64,000 nucleotides of DNA from Octopus sinensis (lineage: Eukaryota): the NCBI RefSeq assembly GCF_006345805.1, contig NC_043004.1:69750001-69814000 (forward strand). Direction: 5' to 3'. Positions 1 to 14,172 of the stretch are shown here, one piece after another (the first letter of the stretch is position 1; each line of letters starts with the position of its first letter). The position numbers and the translations under genes are program-made. The notes below the pieces were generated by a model. That model saw only the letters and a program-made list of their open reading frames with translations, did no database searches and was not told where the DNA came from.

Positions 1-407
1 GTTCATAAGGCCATCACCACACACACACACTCACAAGCTGAGAACAAATACCTCATAAATAAGCTGGTCTACGTTTCAGGGGAGATAATTTTTCTTCTAC
101 TGACTAACACCATATTGTAAAATTACTTCTAAATTCTTAGAATTAATTTGTCAAATTCATATGATGATAACATACTCAGTAATATGTATATTAACTTGTG
201 CCCCTACTTCATTATCATAACCTCTTTTTAATATTCTCCTTCCGTGCTGGTATGGGTTGGATATTTTGACAGGAACTGGCAAATCAGAAGGCTGTGCTAA
301 GCCCTACTGTCTGCTTTGGTACGGTTTCTATAGTTGGGTGCCCTTCCTTCTTAACCATGTTCAATCAGAGAACAGCTGACAACACCCAAAATTGTGTCTA
401 CATTTAG

Positions 408-662
<255 letters not shown>

Positions 663-964
663 TAAAACAGCTTATTTTGCTTTCTATGAAAAATTCAACA
701 TCCCTAATAAACAATATCAACACCCTTTGTTTAGATGATATAATCTAAAATGCAAAACAGAGAGTTTGGGCCCAGTGGTAGGGGCTGTTGAGAGGATGTA
801 TGTTTTAATCTCTGTAATTAATATGTCTAAACTACGAAATGAGACATTTAGGTACTGCTGTTTGGACTCTGGCAATTAGGCGTGGTTGACTGGACATGGA
901 ACCTGTTTTGGTGACATTACTTTTTGGTACTAGAGGCAAAACTACATGCACAGTGAAAGAGAGA

Positions 965-1353
965 TACTCTTTTACTTGTTTCAGTCATTTGACTTTGGCC
1001 ATGCTGGAGCACCGCCTTTTAGTCCAGCAAATCGACCCTAGGACTTATTCTTTGTAAGCCTAGTACTTATTCTATCAGTCTCTTTTGCCGAACCGCTAAG
1101 TTACGGGGACGTAAACACACCAGCATCAGTTGTCAAGCAATGTTGGGAGGACAAACACAGACACACAAACATATACACACACACACATATATACGACAGG
1201 CTTCTTTCAGTTTCCGTCTACCAAATCCACTCACAAGGCTTTGGTCAGCACGAGGCTATAGTAGAAGACACTTGCCCAAGGTGCTATGCAGTGGGACTGA
1301 ACCCAGAACCATGTGGTTCGTAAGCAAGCTAATTACCACGCAGCCACTCCTAC
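965..1353 (-). mobile_element. tRNA-headed SINE, family A (about 390 nt, internal TA/TG microsatellite)
   Basis: Head GGAGTGGCTG.GTGGTAA, B-box-like GGGTTCAGTCCC, tail CTGAAACAAGTAAAAGAGTA; many copies in the window. Confidence 0.85.
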
Positions 1354-1556
1354 GATGATAATTCAATAATTGAATATGATTGGCATAAATATTTTTCCTC
1401 TCAAACACATAAGCAGAGAGAGAGATAGAGAGAGAAAGGCATTAAAATTTCTAATGTCAAATAAATCTGTTGACTCAGTGATGCCAAGTAGGTGGTACCA
1501 AAACAGCTGTGCCAAAATGTCTCATACCCTATAAATTTTGACAGAATTCCTTGTAA

Positions 1557-1774
1557 CCCTTTAGCATTTAAACCAACAATATCTGACCTAAATATTCTAC
1601 TTATTTTATGTTCAAACTGGCTAGATCCAACCTCTCACACCTACCCTGCAATGTCATTCTGAAAATATCCAATTATATCATTGGAATCTCAAAGCTAATA
1701 TTATGCATAATTAATTCAAAACAACATGAATAAGTAATCATCACATTTGGCAGATTAATCTGAATGCTAAAGGG
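1557..1774. mobile_element. piggyBac-like MITE (CCCTTTAGCATT...AATGCTAAAGGG); second copy at 21784-21987
   Basis: Terminal inverted repeats next to TTAA-like sites; two aligned copies. Confidence 0.65.
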
Positions 1775-1844
1775 ATAAGCACATACATTTACTATGGTCT
1801 CAGTTACCAACAAATCCTACCACGACATCATAGTCTCTTTTATT

Positions 1845-2444
1845 AACCCTTTTGATACCAACCCGGCCAAAACTGCCTCTGGTTTTGCAGTACAAATGTC
1901 TTGTTTCTGTAAGTTTTGAATTAAAATCTTCCACCAAACCTTAGTCACAATTTATGTTCCTAACACTAGCTTAATGATAACTAAGTTATTTTACTAAATT
2001 CTTTGTTATATTTAAAACTAGCAGTATCGCCCGGCGTTGCTCGGGTTTGTAAGGGAAATAACTATAAAGCATTTTTAGAGAGTTATAGCCAAAAAATGGG
2101 GAAAAAATGATGGTAAATTTTTTTTAGAGTTAAAAAGGTGGAGTTGCGTCCCCTAGACAGTCTGTGGTTTGTGTTTCTGATTCTCGACCCCATGTCGAAT
2201 TTATCGATTTTTTTCAGAACTGGGGGAACTTTTCAAAATTTTCGCTGCGTTAGTTTTGAATTATGACATTGGGCTATGTGTGTGTCAAATTTCATCAGAA
2301 TCGGTTGAAAGCCGTGGTCAGGGTGAGGGTACAACCTAACAGACACACAGAAACATACACAGACAAACTGCCATTTATATATAGAGAGATAATTGAAAGA
2401 AACACAGAGCATCTCAAAATAAATACGGTAACGAAAGGTTTAAC
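1845..2444. mobile_element. piggyBac-like MITE interrupted by the Helitron at 2018-2389
   Basis: TTAACCCTTTTGATACC ... GGTAACGAAAGGTTTAA termini. Confidence 0.55.
2018..2389 (-). mobile_element. Non-autonomous Helitron
   Basis: Minus strand starts TC, ends with a CCCG..CGGG hairpin then CTAG; inserted between A2017 and T2390 with no TSD; a related empty site is present near 4720-4770. Confidence 0.85.
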
Positions 2445-2699
2445 AACACAACCACCACCATCACCATCAAACACTCATTATCACTACAGTTTAACTGGAT
2501 CTCCCCACATCATGTGATTGCCATAGTCTCAGTTAATAACACAATTACTCACTGTTCTATATTTAAAAGATGAGAAATTATTTACATTCGACGGATATTT
2601 GAAAGTAAAAAAGAAGACTGGAGGGTGTATCAGCCGAAACGTTGTGTTAACAACAAACAAGATGAGGACAAATATCCATCAAATGTAAATAATGTACAA

Positions 2700-3271
<572 letters not shown>

Positions 3272-3314
3272 TAAATTCATTCAATAATTAATCAACTATG
3301 AGCATTGTATATAA

Positions 3315-3727
3315 GGCACAGGAGCGGCTGTGTGGTAAGTAACTTGCTAACCAACCACATGGTTTCGGGTTCAGTCCCACTGCGTGACATCTTGGGCAAG
3401 TGTCTTCCACTATAGCCTCGGGCCGACCAATGCCTTGTGAGTGGATTTGGTAGACAGAAACTGAAAGAAGCCTGTCGTATATATGTATATATATATATAT
3501 AAGTGTGTGTGTATATGTTTGTGTGTCTGTGTTTGTCCCCCTAGCATTGCTTGACAACCGATGATGGTGTGTTTACGTCCCCGTCACTTAGCAGTTCGGC
3601 AAAAGAGACCGATAGAATAAGTACTGGGCTTACAAAAGAATAAGTCCCGGGGTCGATTTGATCGACTAAAGGCGGTGCTCCAGCATGGCCGCAGTCAAAT
3701 GACTGAAACAAGTAAAAAAAAAAAAAA
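3315..3727 (+). mobile_element. SINE family A, full length with A tail
   Basis: Same consensus as 965-1353 in the opposite orientation. Confidence 0.85.
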
Positions 3728-3888
3728 GGGTGTGGTGCTCATATCACCATGACTGCCTGTTCTTTTATCTGTCTACAAATAACTCCTTTTTTAAGTGTCT
3801 CCCTATACATGTATGTGCATTTGTACATATGTCTTACCATGAGTTTTTCACTTGTATACGCTTTTGTCAATATACACAAATATATATA

Positions 3889-4121
3889 AGGGCGGCGAGC
3901 TGGCAGAAACGTTAGCACGCCAGGCAAAATGCGTAGCTGTATTTCGCCTGCCGTTACGTTCTGAGTTCAAATTCCGCCAAGGTCGACTTTGCCTTTCATG
4001 CTTTCGGGATCGATAAATTAAGTACCAGTTACACACTGGGGTTGATGTAATCAACTTAATCCGTTTGTCTGTCCTTGTTTGTCCCCTCTGTGTTTGGCCC
4101 CTTGTGGGTAGTAAAGAAATA
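3889..4121 (+). mobile_element. tRNA-headed SINE, family B (about 230 nt)
   Basis: GGCGGCGAGCTGGCAGAAACGTTAG A-box-like head, GAGTTCAAATTCC B-box; recurs near 5500, 9464, 16722, 20400, 26163 and 43991. Confidence 0.85.
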
Positions 4122-6814
4122 TATATAAATATACTCTTATTTGATTTCTGTATGTATACATATGTCTGTCTGTCTGTCAATGAGCTGGTCCCTTTTTTGT
4201 GTCATTATATGAGTATTATTATCCGTTTATTCCTCAACCCTACATACATTACCAGATCTGTTAAACCAGTGTCAACTGGCTATATTGGCTGAACCATGGT
4301 TTGTTTAGTTTAGTGTATGTGTTACCATTCTTGATGCAAACCTGAAACCACCCCTGGTTCAGCTGGAACAAGCTTCTTCTTCATCATTATCATCATCATC
4401 AACATTTAACATCTGTTTTCCATGCTGGCTTAAGTTGGATGGCTTGAGAGGAACTGGCAAGACCAGGGGCTGCACCAGGTTCCACAATCTGTTTTGGTTT
4501 GGATTCTACAGCTTGATAACCTTCCTAATGCCAACCACTTTGCAGAGTGTACTTGGTGCTCCTTACATGGTGCCATCACCAGTACTTTTTATTTGGCACC
4601 AGCACCCACACCAATGCTTTTTATATGCTACTTTTGTTTTAAGATATCAATTCTGTTGGGGTGGGTGGGTCATTTCCTTTATAAGGCTCATTCCATATAC
4701 CTGCTTATAAATGACAAAATTATTTTGCTAAATTCTTTGTTACTTTCAAAATTAATTGAAATAAATGCAGTATATTTCAACCAAAGTCTCTCTTAGATAT
4801 TTTTGTTTTTCGTTTCCTTGTCTTTGGCGTCCCTTGTTAGCTGTAAGCAAACATCAGTGCCATACAAGCTGTGCTGCCATTTGTCTGTAGACTTCTGAAC
4901 TGGATGGAAATATCTTGCTTGGCAACAGGTGAGGGTTAATGACGGGAAGAACATCAAGGTGTAGAAAATCTGACTGAATGAATTTCAAGTGACTCATGCA
5001 AATAGTCATTAAGATGATGATGATGATACACACGCAATAAATGCAGGCATTGCTATGTGATTAAGAAGCTCACTTCCCAATCACTTGGTTCTAGGTTCAG
5101 TCCCACTTTATAGCACCTTGGGCAAGTATCTTCTACTATAGCCCCAAGCTGAGTGAAACCTTGTGTTTTGATGGAAACCAAGAGGAGCCTGTCGTGTGTG
5201 TGTGTTTGTGTCACCTTATCTTGACTATGCATGGTTGCTGTAAACAAGTGCCACCATCAGTCAAGTGGTGTTCTTCATCTCCAGTCTTCCATGAAAGCAT
5301 GCTTAGTCATGGGGGAAATATTACATTGCTCAGAAACAGAGTATTGTTGGTGACAGGAAGGACAACCAGCTTTGGAAAATCTACCTCAACAAATTTCATT
5401 CAAGCATGTAAAAGTGTGCATAAAAATAATAATATGCATATACATATAATATACACACATAACTGGTGCTCCCTTGATTACAATGACTAGGGTTCTGAGG
5501 GGGCAAGCTGGCAGAAACATTAGCACGCCGGGCGAAATGCTTAGTGGTATTTCGTCTGTCTTTATGTTCTGAGTTCAGATTCTGCTGAGGTCAACTTTGC
5601 CTTTCATCCTTTCAGGGTCAATAAATTAAGTTCCAGTTGCATACTGGGGTCGATCTAATCGACTTGCCCCCTCCCCCAAAATTTCAGGCCTTGTGCCTAG
5701 AGTAGAAAAGAATGTCTGGTGTTCCAGTTGATCTGATCAACGGAACAGCCTGCTCGTGAAATTAATGTGCAAGTGGCTGAGCACTCCACAGACAGGTGTA
5801 CCTTTAATGAAGTTCTCAGGGAGATCCAACATGACACAGAATGTGACAAGGCTGGCCCTTTGAAATACAAGTAAAACTCACCTTTGCCAGCTGAATGGAC
5901 TGCAGCAGCGTGAAATAAAGTGTCTTGCTCAAGGACACAATGCACCACTGGGAATTGAACTTGGAACCTTACAATCGTGAGCTGAATCCCCTAACTACTA
6001 AGCCACATGCCTTCACCATATATACAATATACACACACACACACACACATGCATTTGTACAGATAACTGTTCCTCTTTGAGCCTTTCTGTTGGCACTTAT
6101 ACAAGTGTGTCCAGTCATGTGAGCCAACCCTACTGCAGTTAATATATATTTAATTCTAAAATTCTCTCAACCTACTCCACCCAAACAAAAAAATGCTCTT
6201 AAAAGCCAGCTTTATGAGTTACAGGAAATGGAAATTTCCTTGTTCCCACAGAAATTCCTCTGATTCTGTTTCCAACATCAAAACACAAAATCAGCCATTA
6301 ATAATTGCTTCTGTTATCATCTCTTTTAATTTTACTTTTTCAACAACGATGGAATCGGTTTTTTTTTTGGGTTTTTTTTTTCTAATTTCTCTTTTAATTC
6401 ATTCACACTAATGTATTCCAAAATGTGGTTAGCTTAGTTTTTCTTCCAGCATCTGTTTATTTATTTTTGTGGGTCTTATTCAAAATAATGTTGCTGATTG
6501 CTTTAATACCCATTATGTTGTTTAATTAATGCAATTCCGTTTGAATATTTGTCTAAATGTTAGGGCCGTTTGTTGCTATGGTTTTGTTGCTTATTGAGTT
6601 TTTCTGAAGCTCTCTTTGTCCATAGATTTGAGGGCTATTCAACAGAAACAGCAATGTTCTGACCAGAATATTGATCTAGAAGAAACACTATGACCACTTT
6701 CATCATTTTCATTGATTATTTTGCCAGCTTTGTTGATTGTTATCTGGTTTTACTCATTAGTCACAGAAAAATCACAGACTGGATCTGTCGCTCTATTGAT
6801 CCATTTACATGTTA

Positions 6815-7080
6815 TGCATCTGGACCTCTCATCTGTTGAATATTATGCCTGTTAGATCTTACATCTGTTAGATCTCACATCTGTTAGAACTCTCTTGCTA
6901 CATATTACAGCCATTAGATGTTTCAACTGTTTTATATATCACATCTGTTGGATGGTCTCAAATGTCAGACACCACATCTGTCAGTTATCACAATTGTTAT
7001 ATATCTATCACATCTATTGGATATCTCAACTGTTTGATCTCATCTGTTGGATATTTCAGCTGTTTGATATCTCAAATGCG
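6815..7080. repeat. Degenerate minisatellite of about 15 nt (CACATCTGTTAGATC-like)
   Basis: Recurrent CATCTGTT / CAACTGTT units. Confidence 0.65.
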
Positions 7081-7498
7081 TTCCAGTTCATTGCCTCACT
7101 GTTCTGAGATCAAGTTCCTCTAGGACCAATCCAGACAACTATGTCACTCCTGGAAAGCCAGTTTAGGAGCCTTAATGTGACACTCAACCTGCTAGAAATA
7201 GTAGTCAAATATCCCTCAAGTCACATGTTAGCTATTGTAGTGAAAGAAGACAGATACCTTCAACAGTATAGTCTCCGACATATATAAAAAGGAGAAGATT
7301 GCTGCTAGATTGACTTTGGTCATAGGTCTGTTCTCTTGTGGCTGACCTAGCACAAAACAATCCTTAGAACATCAGTATTTAGCAGCAACATAGAATGGAC
7401 ACACATTTTCTCAGCTTCTCAAACACAGGGTCGAGCCAAGAATCTTCAGTAACAACTATCTTGATTAGAATCTCTTATGAAATGTGTGTATAAATGTA

Positions 7499-7573
<75 letters not shown>

Positions 7574-8469
7574 GTCTGGGGAGAGTCATTCTCTTTTAGT
7601 GCCTTGTTATTTAACACACCCACAGGTAATGTTTCCACTCATTTACTTATTTATTTTTCTAAAATATTCATTACGTCTTGCAACCTTTTCAATAGTCGTT
7701 GACTCTGTTATCCGAGCTGCGCAGTGAGTGTGTTAAATAATATGACACTAAAAGAGAATAACTCTCCCCACACTCAACAAAATATGCTTCAATACACAAA
7801 CTCACATAGAGTATCTTGCAAACCAAATCCAAAACGAAATATAGGAGAAAATACTTGCCAAGAGTGCCACACAAGAGCTTCCTACTATAGCTCCAGGCCA
7901 ACAAAAAGCCTTGTGAGTGGATGTGGTAGATGGAATCAGAAAGAAACTGTGTATATGTGTGTGTGTGTGTGTGTATATATATACACACACACATACACAG
8001 TTTCTTTCTGCTTCCATCTACCACATCCACTCACAAGGCTTTTTGTTGGCCGGGAGCTATAGTAGGAAGCTCTTGTGTGGCACTCTTGGCAAGTATTTTC
8101 TACTATAGCCTTGAGTTGATCAAAACCTAGAGAGAAGATTTGGTGGATGCTAATTGAAAGGATCACATCCTCTGTATGTATGTGTGTGTATTATTATTAT
8201 TATTATTATTAAAACCACAAAGTACCTTGTGAAATACACCTACCCAGGGTCTCCTGGCCAAAATATTAATTCATTTCACTATTTATCAAGCTGTTAAAAA
8301 CATATTACTATAATGATATCTTTACTCTCTTAACAGATGAAGTGCTATACTGCTTGTTGAAAATTTTACCACAGTGTGTGTGTGTGGTGTGTGTGTGTGT
8401 GTGTGTTGCCTCTTATAAACAAATTCCTGCGTTATTTCACTCTAACACATTGTCTTTATTTCATTCCAG

Positions 8470-8607
8470 CTATTAGATAAAGATCCAAATAAACGTCTCG
8501 GAAGTTCTGAAGCAGGTTATAAAGAAGTCAAAGCTCACAAATTTTTCAAAAATATCAACTTTAAACGATTAATGGCTGGATTATATCGATCACCGTTTGT
8601 CCCAGAT
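8470..8607 (+). CDS. GRK5: GRK exon LLDKDPNKRLGSSEAGYKEVKAHKFFKNINFKRLMAGLYRSPFVPD
   Basis: ttccag acceptor, gat|gtaagt donor, 138 nt, phase 0-0; kinase subdomain XI and start of the AGC tail. Confidence 0.97.
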
Positions 8608-8804
8608 GTAAGTGCTACATCTTTTTGTTCCATTTCCCTTTTTTTTTGCCTTTATCACAGTATATGAATATGATGACAAGACTGGATATGTTTAGAAGCA
8701 AGACATTTAGTAACAAAACTAATTACATATAATATAGGAAGTCCAAAACTTTAGGCATTTAGCATCAAGTCTAGATATGTTTTTAGCATTGAGAGAGCAA
8801 CAAG

Positions 8805-9077
8805 CTGGCCTCCGTGCCGATGGCACGTTAAAAACACCATTCGAGCATGATCGTTACCTGCGTCGCCTTACTAGCACTTGTGCTGGTGGCATGTGAAAAA
8901 ACATTCAAGCGAGGTCGTTGCCAGTGCCGCTGGACTGGCTCCTGTGCAGGTGGCACATAAAAAGCACCATTTGAGCATGGCCGTTGCCAGTACCTCCTGA
9001 CTGGCCCCCATGCCGGTGGCACATAAAAGCACCCACTACACTCTTGGAGTGGTTGACGTTAGGAAGGGCATCCAGCT
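8805..9077 (+). repeat. Interspersed element with an internal minisatellite of about 62-65 nt (about 4 units, GTGCCGGTGGCACGTAAAAAGCACC core)
   Basis: Diverged tandem units followed by CCCACTACACTC..GGAGTGGTTG.CGTTAGGAAGGGCATCCAGC. Confidence 0.75.
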
Positions 9078-9463
9078 AAGATTCCATTGGCTCAGTTGAG
9101 CTCTTTCGTTGCCTCTTTACTACCTGCCATGCTGCAGTCCCATGACTTTGCCGTATCCATGGTGGAGTGGTTGAACAGGTGCTGTGCACTGCCAAAGGGT
9201 AACCTGTAACTATGCAGGGTATTATCAAAATACCCACACACCCAAGCAATTGTGTAAGATTTTGAAATTGCTTGGTGGTAGTCAAGAAGGGGGTTCACAC
9301 ACAATCACTTCTACAAGATTTTGTGACTTAAGAAGTTTGGTTTGCAGGTGTGTGATTTCAGGGTCAGTCCTGTGTGGCACCTTGGGCAAGTATCTTCTAC
9401 TGTAACCCCAAACTGATCAATGACCATGTGGGTGAATTTGATTGGCAGAAAATGAAAGAAGTC

Positions 9464-9663
9464 AAGGCGGCGAGCTGGCAGAAATGTTAGCACGCCGGGC
9501 GAAATGCTAAGCAGTATTTCATCTGCCGCTACGTTCTGAGTTCAAATTCCGCCAATGTCGACTTTGCCTTTCATCGTTTTGGGGTCGATATAATTGACTT
9601 AATCTGTTTGTCTGTCCTTATGTCTCCTCTGTGTGTAGCCCCTTGTGGGCAGTAAAGAAATAA
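9464..9663 (+). mobile_element. SINE family B
   Basis: Same consensus as 3889-4121. Confidence 0.8.
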
Positions 9664-10013
9664 GAAACTGAAAGAAGCCCATGTGTGTGTATGTTTCCTT
9701 GTCTTCATATAGTGCCCTACCTGTAAGGAAATGTCACAATCACACAGGTGACGCTATTTATTTGCAGTCTTCAAACTTGCCTTGCTGGCCATTTTAGCTG
9801 TTAACATTCAATGAACTTTGGTAAAATATCTCCAAAAATATTACTTCAAGATTTACTTTATGCAAATCACTCACAGACTTACTACGGTTGCTAACCGCTC
9901 ACCGCAGACCACAGTTGACCATTCACCCAGAAGTTATCTGTAGCGATAATAAACCACCAGTATTTCTCCATGTGTTGTAAATATACCTGAATTCATTGTT
10001 TCTTTCATTGTAG

Positions 10014-10211
<198 letters not shown>

Positions 10212-12204
10212 TAAAGAATTGATTATAATATTTATGAACATCTACTATAGCAAACTGGTTTGCATTTTACAAAATATGTATACATTGGATTGGAATTTGA
10301 GTTTACATGTATCATCATCATCATCATCATGGTCATTTACTTAAGTCACTGAGGTGGTCAGTTTATAGTTTCTCAACAAGGTAAAAATAATGAAATCTCC
10401 CTCAAATCACACCACTATTGCAATATTTTCCAACTGGAGTCTCATGAAACCCATGTGTTCCATGGAAGGTTCTTAAGAGTTCCATGAGAAATAGTGACAA
10501 ATAGCATGATTATTTGGTACAAATCTATTTTTTTATAAATTTTGTGTAAATTCTATATTCATAGTTTTATTATATGCTATTTCCAAAAGTAGAGAAAGCC
10601 TGGTATCAGTGAGTAATACGGAGATCCTACCAGAAAAACAAGCTCTTAATTGAGAATTTTAAGAGGATTTAGTCTAAGAAGAAATTTTGTAGAGAAGAAA
10701 TTTCTTAAACTGAATTTCTGGCTCCTGAAGGATTCAGCACAGGTAGACTTTTCCAGAACAATCTTTATATCCTGCTTATTGTGAATGTATTATTGAAATA
10801 CTGCAGTATTGCCCCTGAGAGAATCTCTCATATAGATGTACAACATTAAGAGCACAGACATATGTTAACAGATGGGAACCATTTGGTATGGGTGCCGGAA
10901 TTGCCAGATCATGTGATTTCAGCATGCTGCACTTCTTCAGTGACAGGTACCCACTTGTCACATACCAGCCGGATTTCACTGTCAATGATATACAAAATAA
11001 TAGTGACTTTTCAGTCTCTGATGTTGCAGATAACCAGCAGGCTTATCAAAAAGTAAATATTAATGATGGAATCTGTATTAATACCAAACAGCAATCTTTA
11101 TATCCAACTTAACATGGATGTAGTGTTAGAACAGTGAATACTGTGGTGTTTGCCTTAATTAACATCTTGTAGATGTTAATTAAGTAGGATATAAAGATTG
11201 CCATTTGCTATTAATAATGTTTCTGTTTACCTTTTACTTGTTTCAGTCATTAGACTGTGACCGTGCTGGAGCACTACCTTGGAGAATTCTTCTTTTTTTT
11301 TTGTTTTTTTCTTAAGCCTGGTACTTATCCTGTTGGTCTCTTTCATCGAACGGCTAAGTTACAGGGACATAAACACACCAACAGCAGTTGTCAAGTAGTG
11401 ATGGGGGACAAACGCACACACACATACAAAGGGCTTCTTTAGGCTTCTTTCAGTGTTTGTCTGCCAAATCCATTCACAAGTAGATAATACTTGCTCAAGT
11501 GCTATTCAGTGGAGCTGAACCCAGAACAGTGTGGTTGGGAAGCAAGCTTCTTACCACACAGCCATGCCTGAGGAGGTTTTCTCAGTCATGGAATGTTCTT
11601 GTTGTTGCTGTTATTATTCAAATCCTGCAGAGATTAGCTTTGTGTTTCATCCCTCTGGTGTCAATAAAATAAAACACCACTCAAATCCTGGGGTTGACTG
11701 AATCATCTAACCCCTTCCTCTCCCTGCAAAATTGCTAGCCTTGTGCCTGTTTTAAAGAGCAGTTATTATCAGCCATGTCTTTACTGATACATGAAGGACA
11801 GACATATTCAGCCACCACCATCTCCTCTCCACTACTGCCTCCTCATCCTCTTCCTGTCCTTAGTCATTTCCTCCGTCAGAAACCCCACAGCCTTGCTAGT
11901 CAGTGTTAAGTATTTTGCCCTAGATCTTCCTCAACTGCAGTTCTGCTTGCTGGTCATTTGTTGGTCATCAGCCTTATGACAGTGCAGTTGTTGCACTTAC
12001 CATAGACAGCCTGATGCTGTGGCTGGAGTCTGACAACTTTCTGTCTGTCTGTCTGTCTCTGACCTTCAGTATAAATAAAGAAATATTCAACTCTCTTGCA
12101 TTATCTTTGTTAACATTGAATTGATTTTTAATTTATATTCATAATGTCTTTTCTTCCCTAACCCTAATGTTATGTTTGTGTGTATGTGTTTGTATACATA
12201 CACT

Positions 12205-12251
<47 letters not shown>

Positions 12252-12350
12252 ACACACACACAATATCATCATGACCATCATTTAAAATCTGCCTTCCATG
12301 CTGGCATGGGTTGGCTGGTTTGACAGGAGCTGGCCAGACTGCAGCTGCCT

Positions 12351-12351
12351 T

Positions 12352-12445
<94 letters not shown>

Positions 12446-12452
12446 GTATGTA
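12351..12452. repeat. (TTTA)n of about 16 units, then (TA)n and (TATG)n
   Basis: Direct reading. Confidence 0.9.
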
Positions 12453-12550
12453 TATGTATATATATTTTGTTTGGGGACTTGGTCTGCAAGATTCTACATG
12501 TTAGTTTATGTGTTGAACCACATTCTGTTATGTCGGGGGAGAGCGTTGAA

Positions 12551-12854
12551 ATTATGACCTTGAGGTTGTGAGTTCGAATCCCGGACCAGGCTGCGGTTTG
12601 TGTTCTTGAGCAAGACACTTTATTTCACGTTGCTAATGTTTACTCAGCTGTAGAAATGAGTTCTGACATCACTTGGGTGCCAAGCTGTATCGGCCTTTGC
12701 CTTTCCCTTGGATAACACTGGTGGCGTGGAGAGGGGAGGCTGGTATGCATGGGCGACTGCTGGTCTTCCATAAACCACCTTGCTCAGACCTGTGACTAGG
12801 AGGGTAACTTTCTAGGTGCAACCCCATGGTCATTCATGACCGAAGGAGGTCTCT
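12551..12854 (+). mobile_element. tRNA-headed SINE, family C
   Basis: B-box GAGTTCGAATCCC, core TTGAGCAAGACACTTTATTTCAC; reverse copy at 17241-17567. Confidence 0.75.
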
Positions 12855-12896
12855 GGCTCCGGCTACAATACTGCTACACTTTTTATATGTCTTTAG

Positions 12897-14072
12897 TAAT
12901 GGTTCCCAAACTTTTTATCTGAATGAGTTTTACCACAAACCCTTTTTAAAGTGCTTATCCTTATGTGTGTGTGTATATATATATATTTATATATATATAT
13001 TAATAATTATATACATGATTATAACAAGTGATTGGCTATAAGCCTCTCCTACGCTAGAAAAAATAGACACCAAAAGACACTATTACAACCTTAAAAAATC
13101 TGAAAAATAAAGCACGGGTTGTAGTCGGGCAAAAGAAAGATAACGAATTAAACTTTTGGTTAACCGTGTACAAGATCCTGTTTCGAGCTTAAAGTAAAAA
13201 AATTTTTACTTACTGCTAAACTGACGAGTATTTATACATTTGTATATGAGCAGTGACTTTGTACAGTAATATACACTCACACACACTCGTAGAAATATTC
13301 AGTAAAATAGAATTCCCATCTTTTTTTTACAATTATATCAAAACATACTCTGCAGTAGATGCAGTTTTGATCAAGGAGTAAATTTTTCAAATATTAATTA
13401 TAATAAAGGGTAAAAATCATTAATGATTTTACCAGGGGGTCAGTGCGGAAATAAAAACCTTATAGGTAAATTTTACAAATATTCTAATAATTGTATACAT
13501 AATTATGACAAGATATTGGCTATAAGCCTCTCCATGTGCTAGAAAAATAGATACCAAAAGACGCTATTACCACTTTAAAAACTCCAAAAAATAAAACACA
13601 GGTTGTAATCGGGCAAAAGAAAGATAAAGAATTAAACTTTTGGTTAACCATGTATAAGAAAGATGGAAATTCTACTTTACTGTATATTTCTACAAGTGTA
13701 TATATATATTGCAGTACAAAGCCGCTGCTCATATATATGTGTAAATACTCATCAATTTATACTATGGAATATCTTTGCTGATGAGAGCAGTAAGTAAAAC
13801 TTTTTTACTTTAAGCTTGAAACAGGATCTTGTACACAGTAAACCAAAAGTTTAATTCTTTATCTTTCTTTTGCCTGACTACAACCTGTGTTTAATTTTTT
13901 TGAGTTTTTAAGGTGGTAATAGCGTCTTTTGGCATCTATTTTTCTAGTGCATGGAGAGGCTTATAGCCAATCCCTTGTTACAATGATGTATATAATTATT
14001 AAAATATTTGTAAAATTTACCTATAAGGTTTTTATTTCCCCCTGGTAGAATCATTAATAATTTTTACCCTTT

Positions 14073-14120
<48 letters not shown>

Positions 14121-14172
14121 GAATTAGTTCACAGACCACCAGGGTCTGCGGACCCCAGGTTGGGAACCACTA
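12897..14172. mobile_element. hAT/Charlie-type non-autonomous element with complex palindromic cargo
   Basis: TIRs TAATGGTTCCCAAAC / GTTGGGAACCACTA; degenerate 8-bp flanks gtctttag / ctctataa. Confidence 0.65.

Noticed and set aside
2610-2645. Hammerhead-like stem II plus GAAAC (CTG-gagggtgtat-CAG-CCGAAAC)
   Set aside because: The upstream CUGANGA core is missing (AAAAGAAG), so at best a broken remnant
6430-6800. Possible Penelope-like ORF remnant
   Set aside because: Too degenerate to assign motifs by eye
7689-8166. Mirror-image ORFs on both strands
   Set aside because: A consequence of the DNA palindrome in a SINE fragment
8805-9030. Regularly spaced repeats resembling a CRISPR array (also 57509-57710)
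   Set aside because: Whole units are homologous with no unique spacers; eukaryotic retroposon minisatellite
12551-12600. tRNA-like B-box GAGTTCGAATCCC and similar SINE heads
   Set aside because: No complete cloverleaf; each continues into a SINE body
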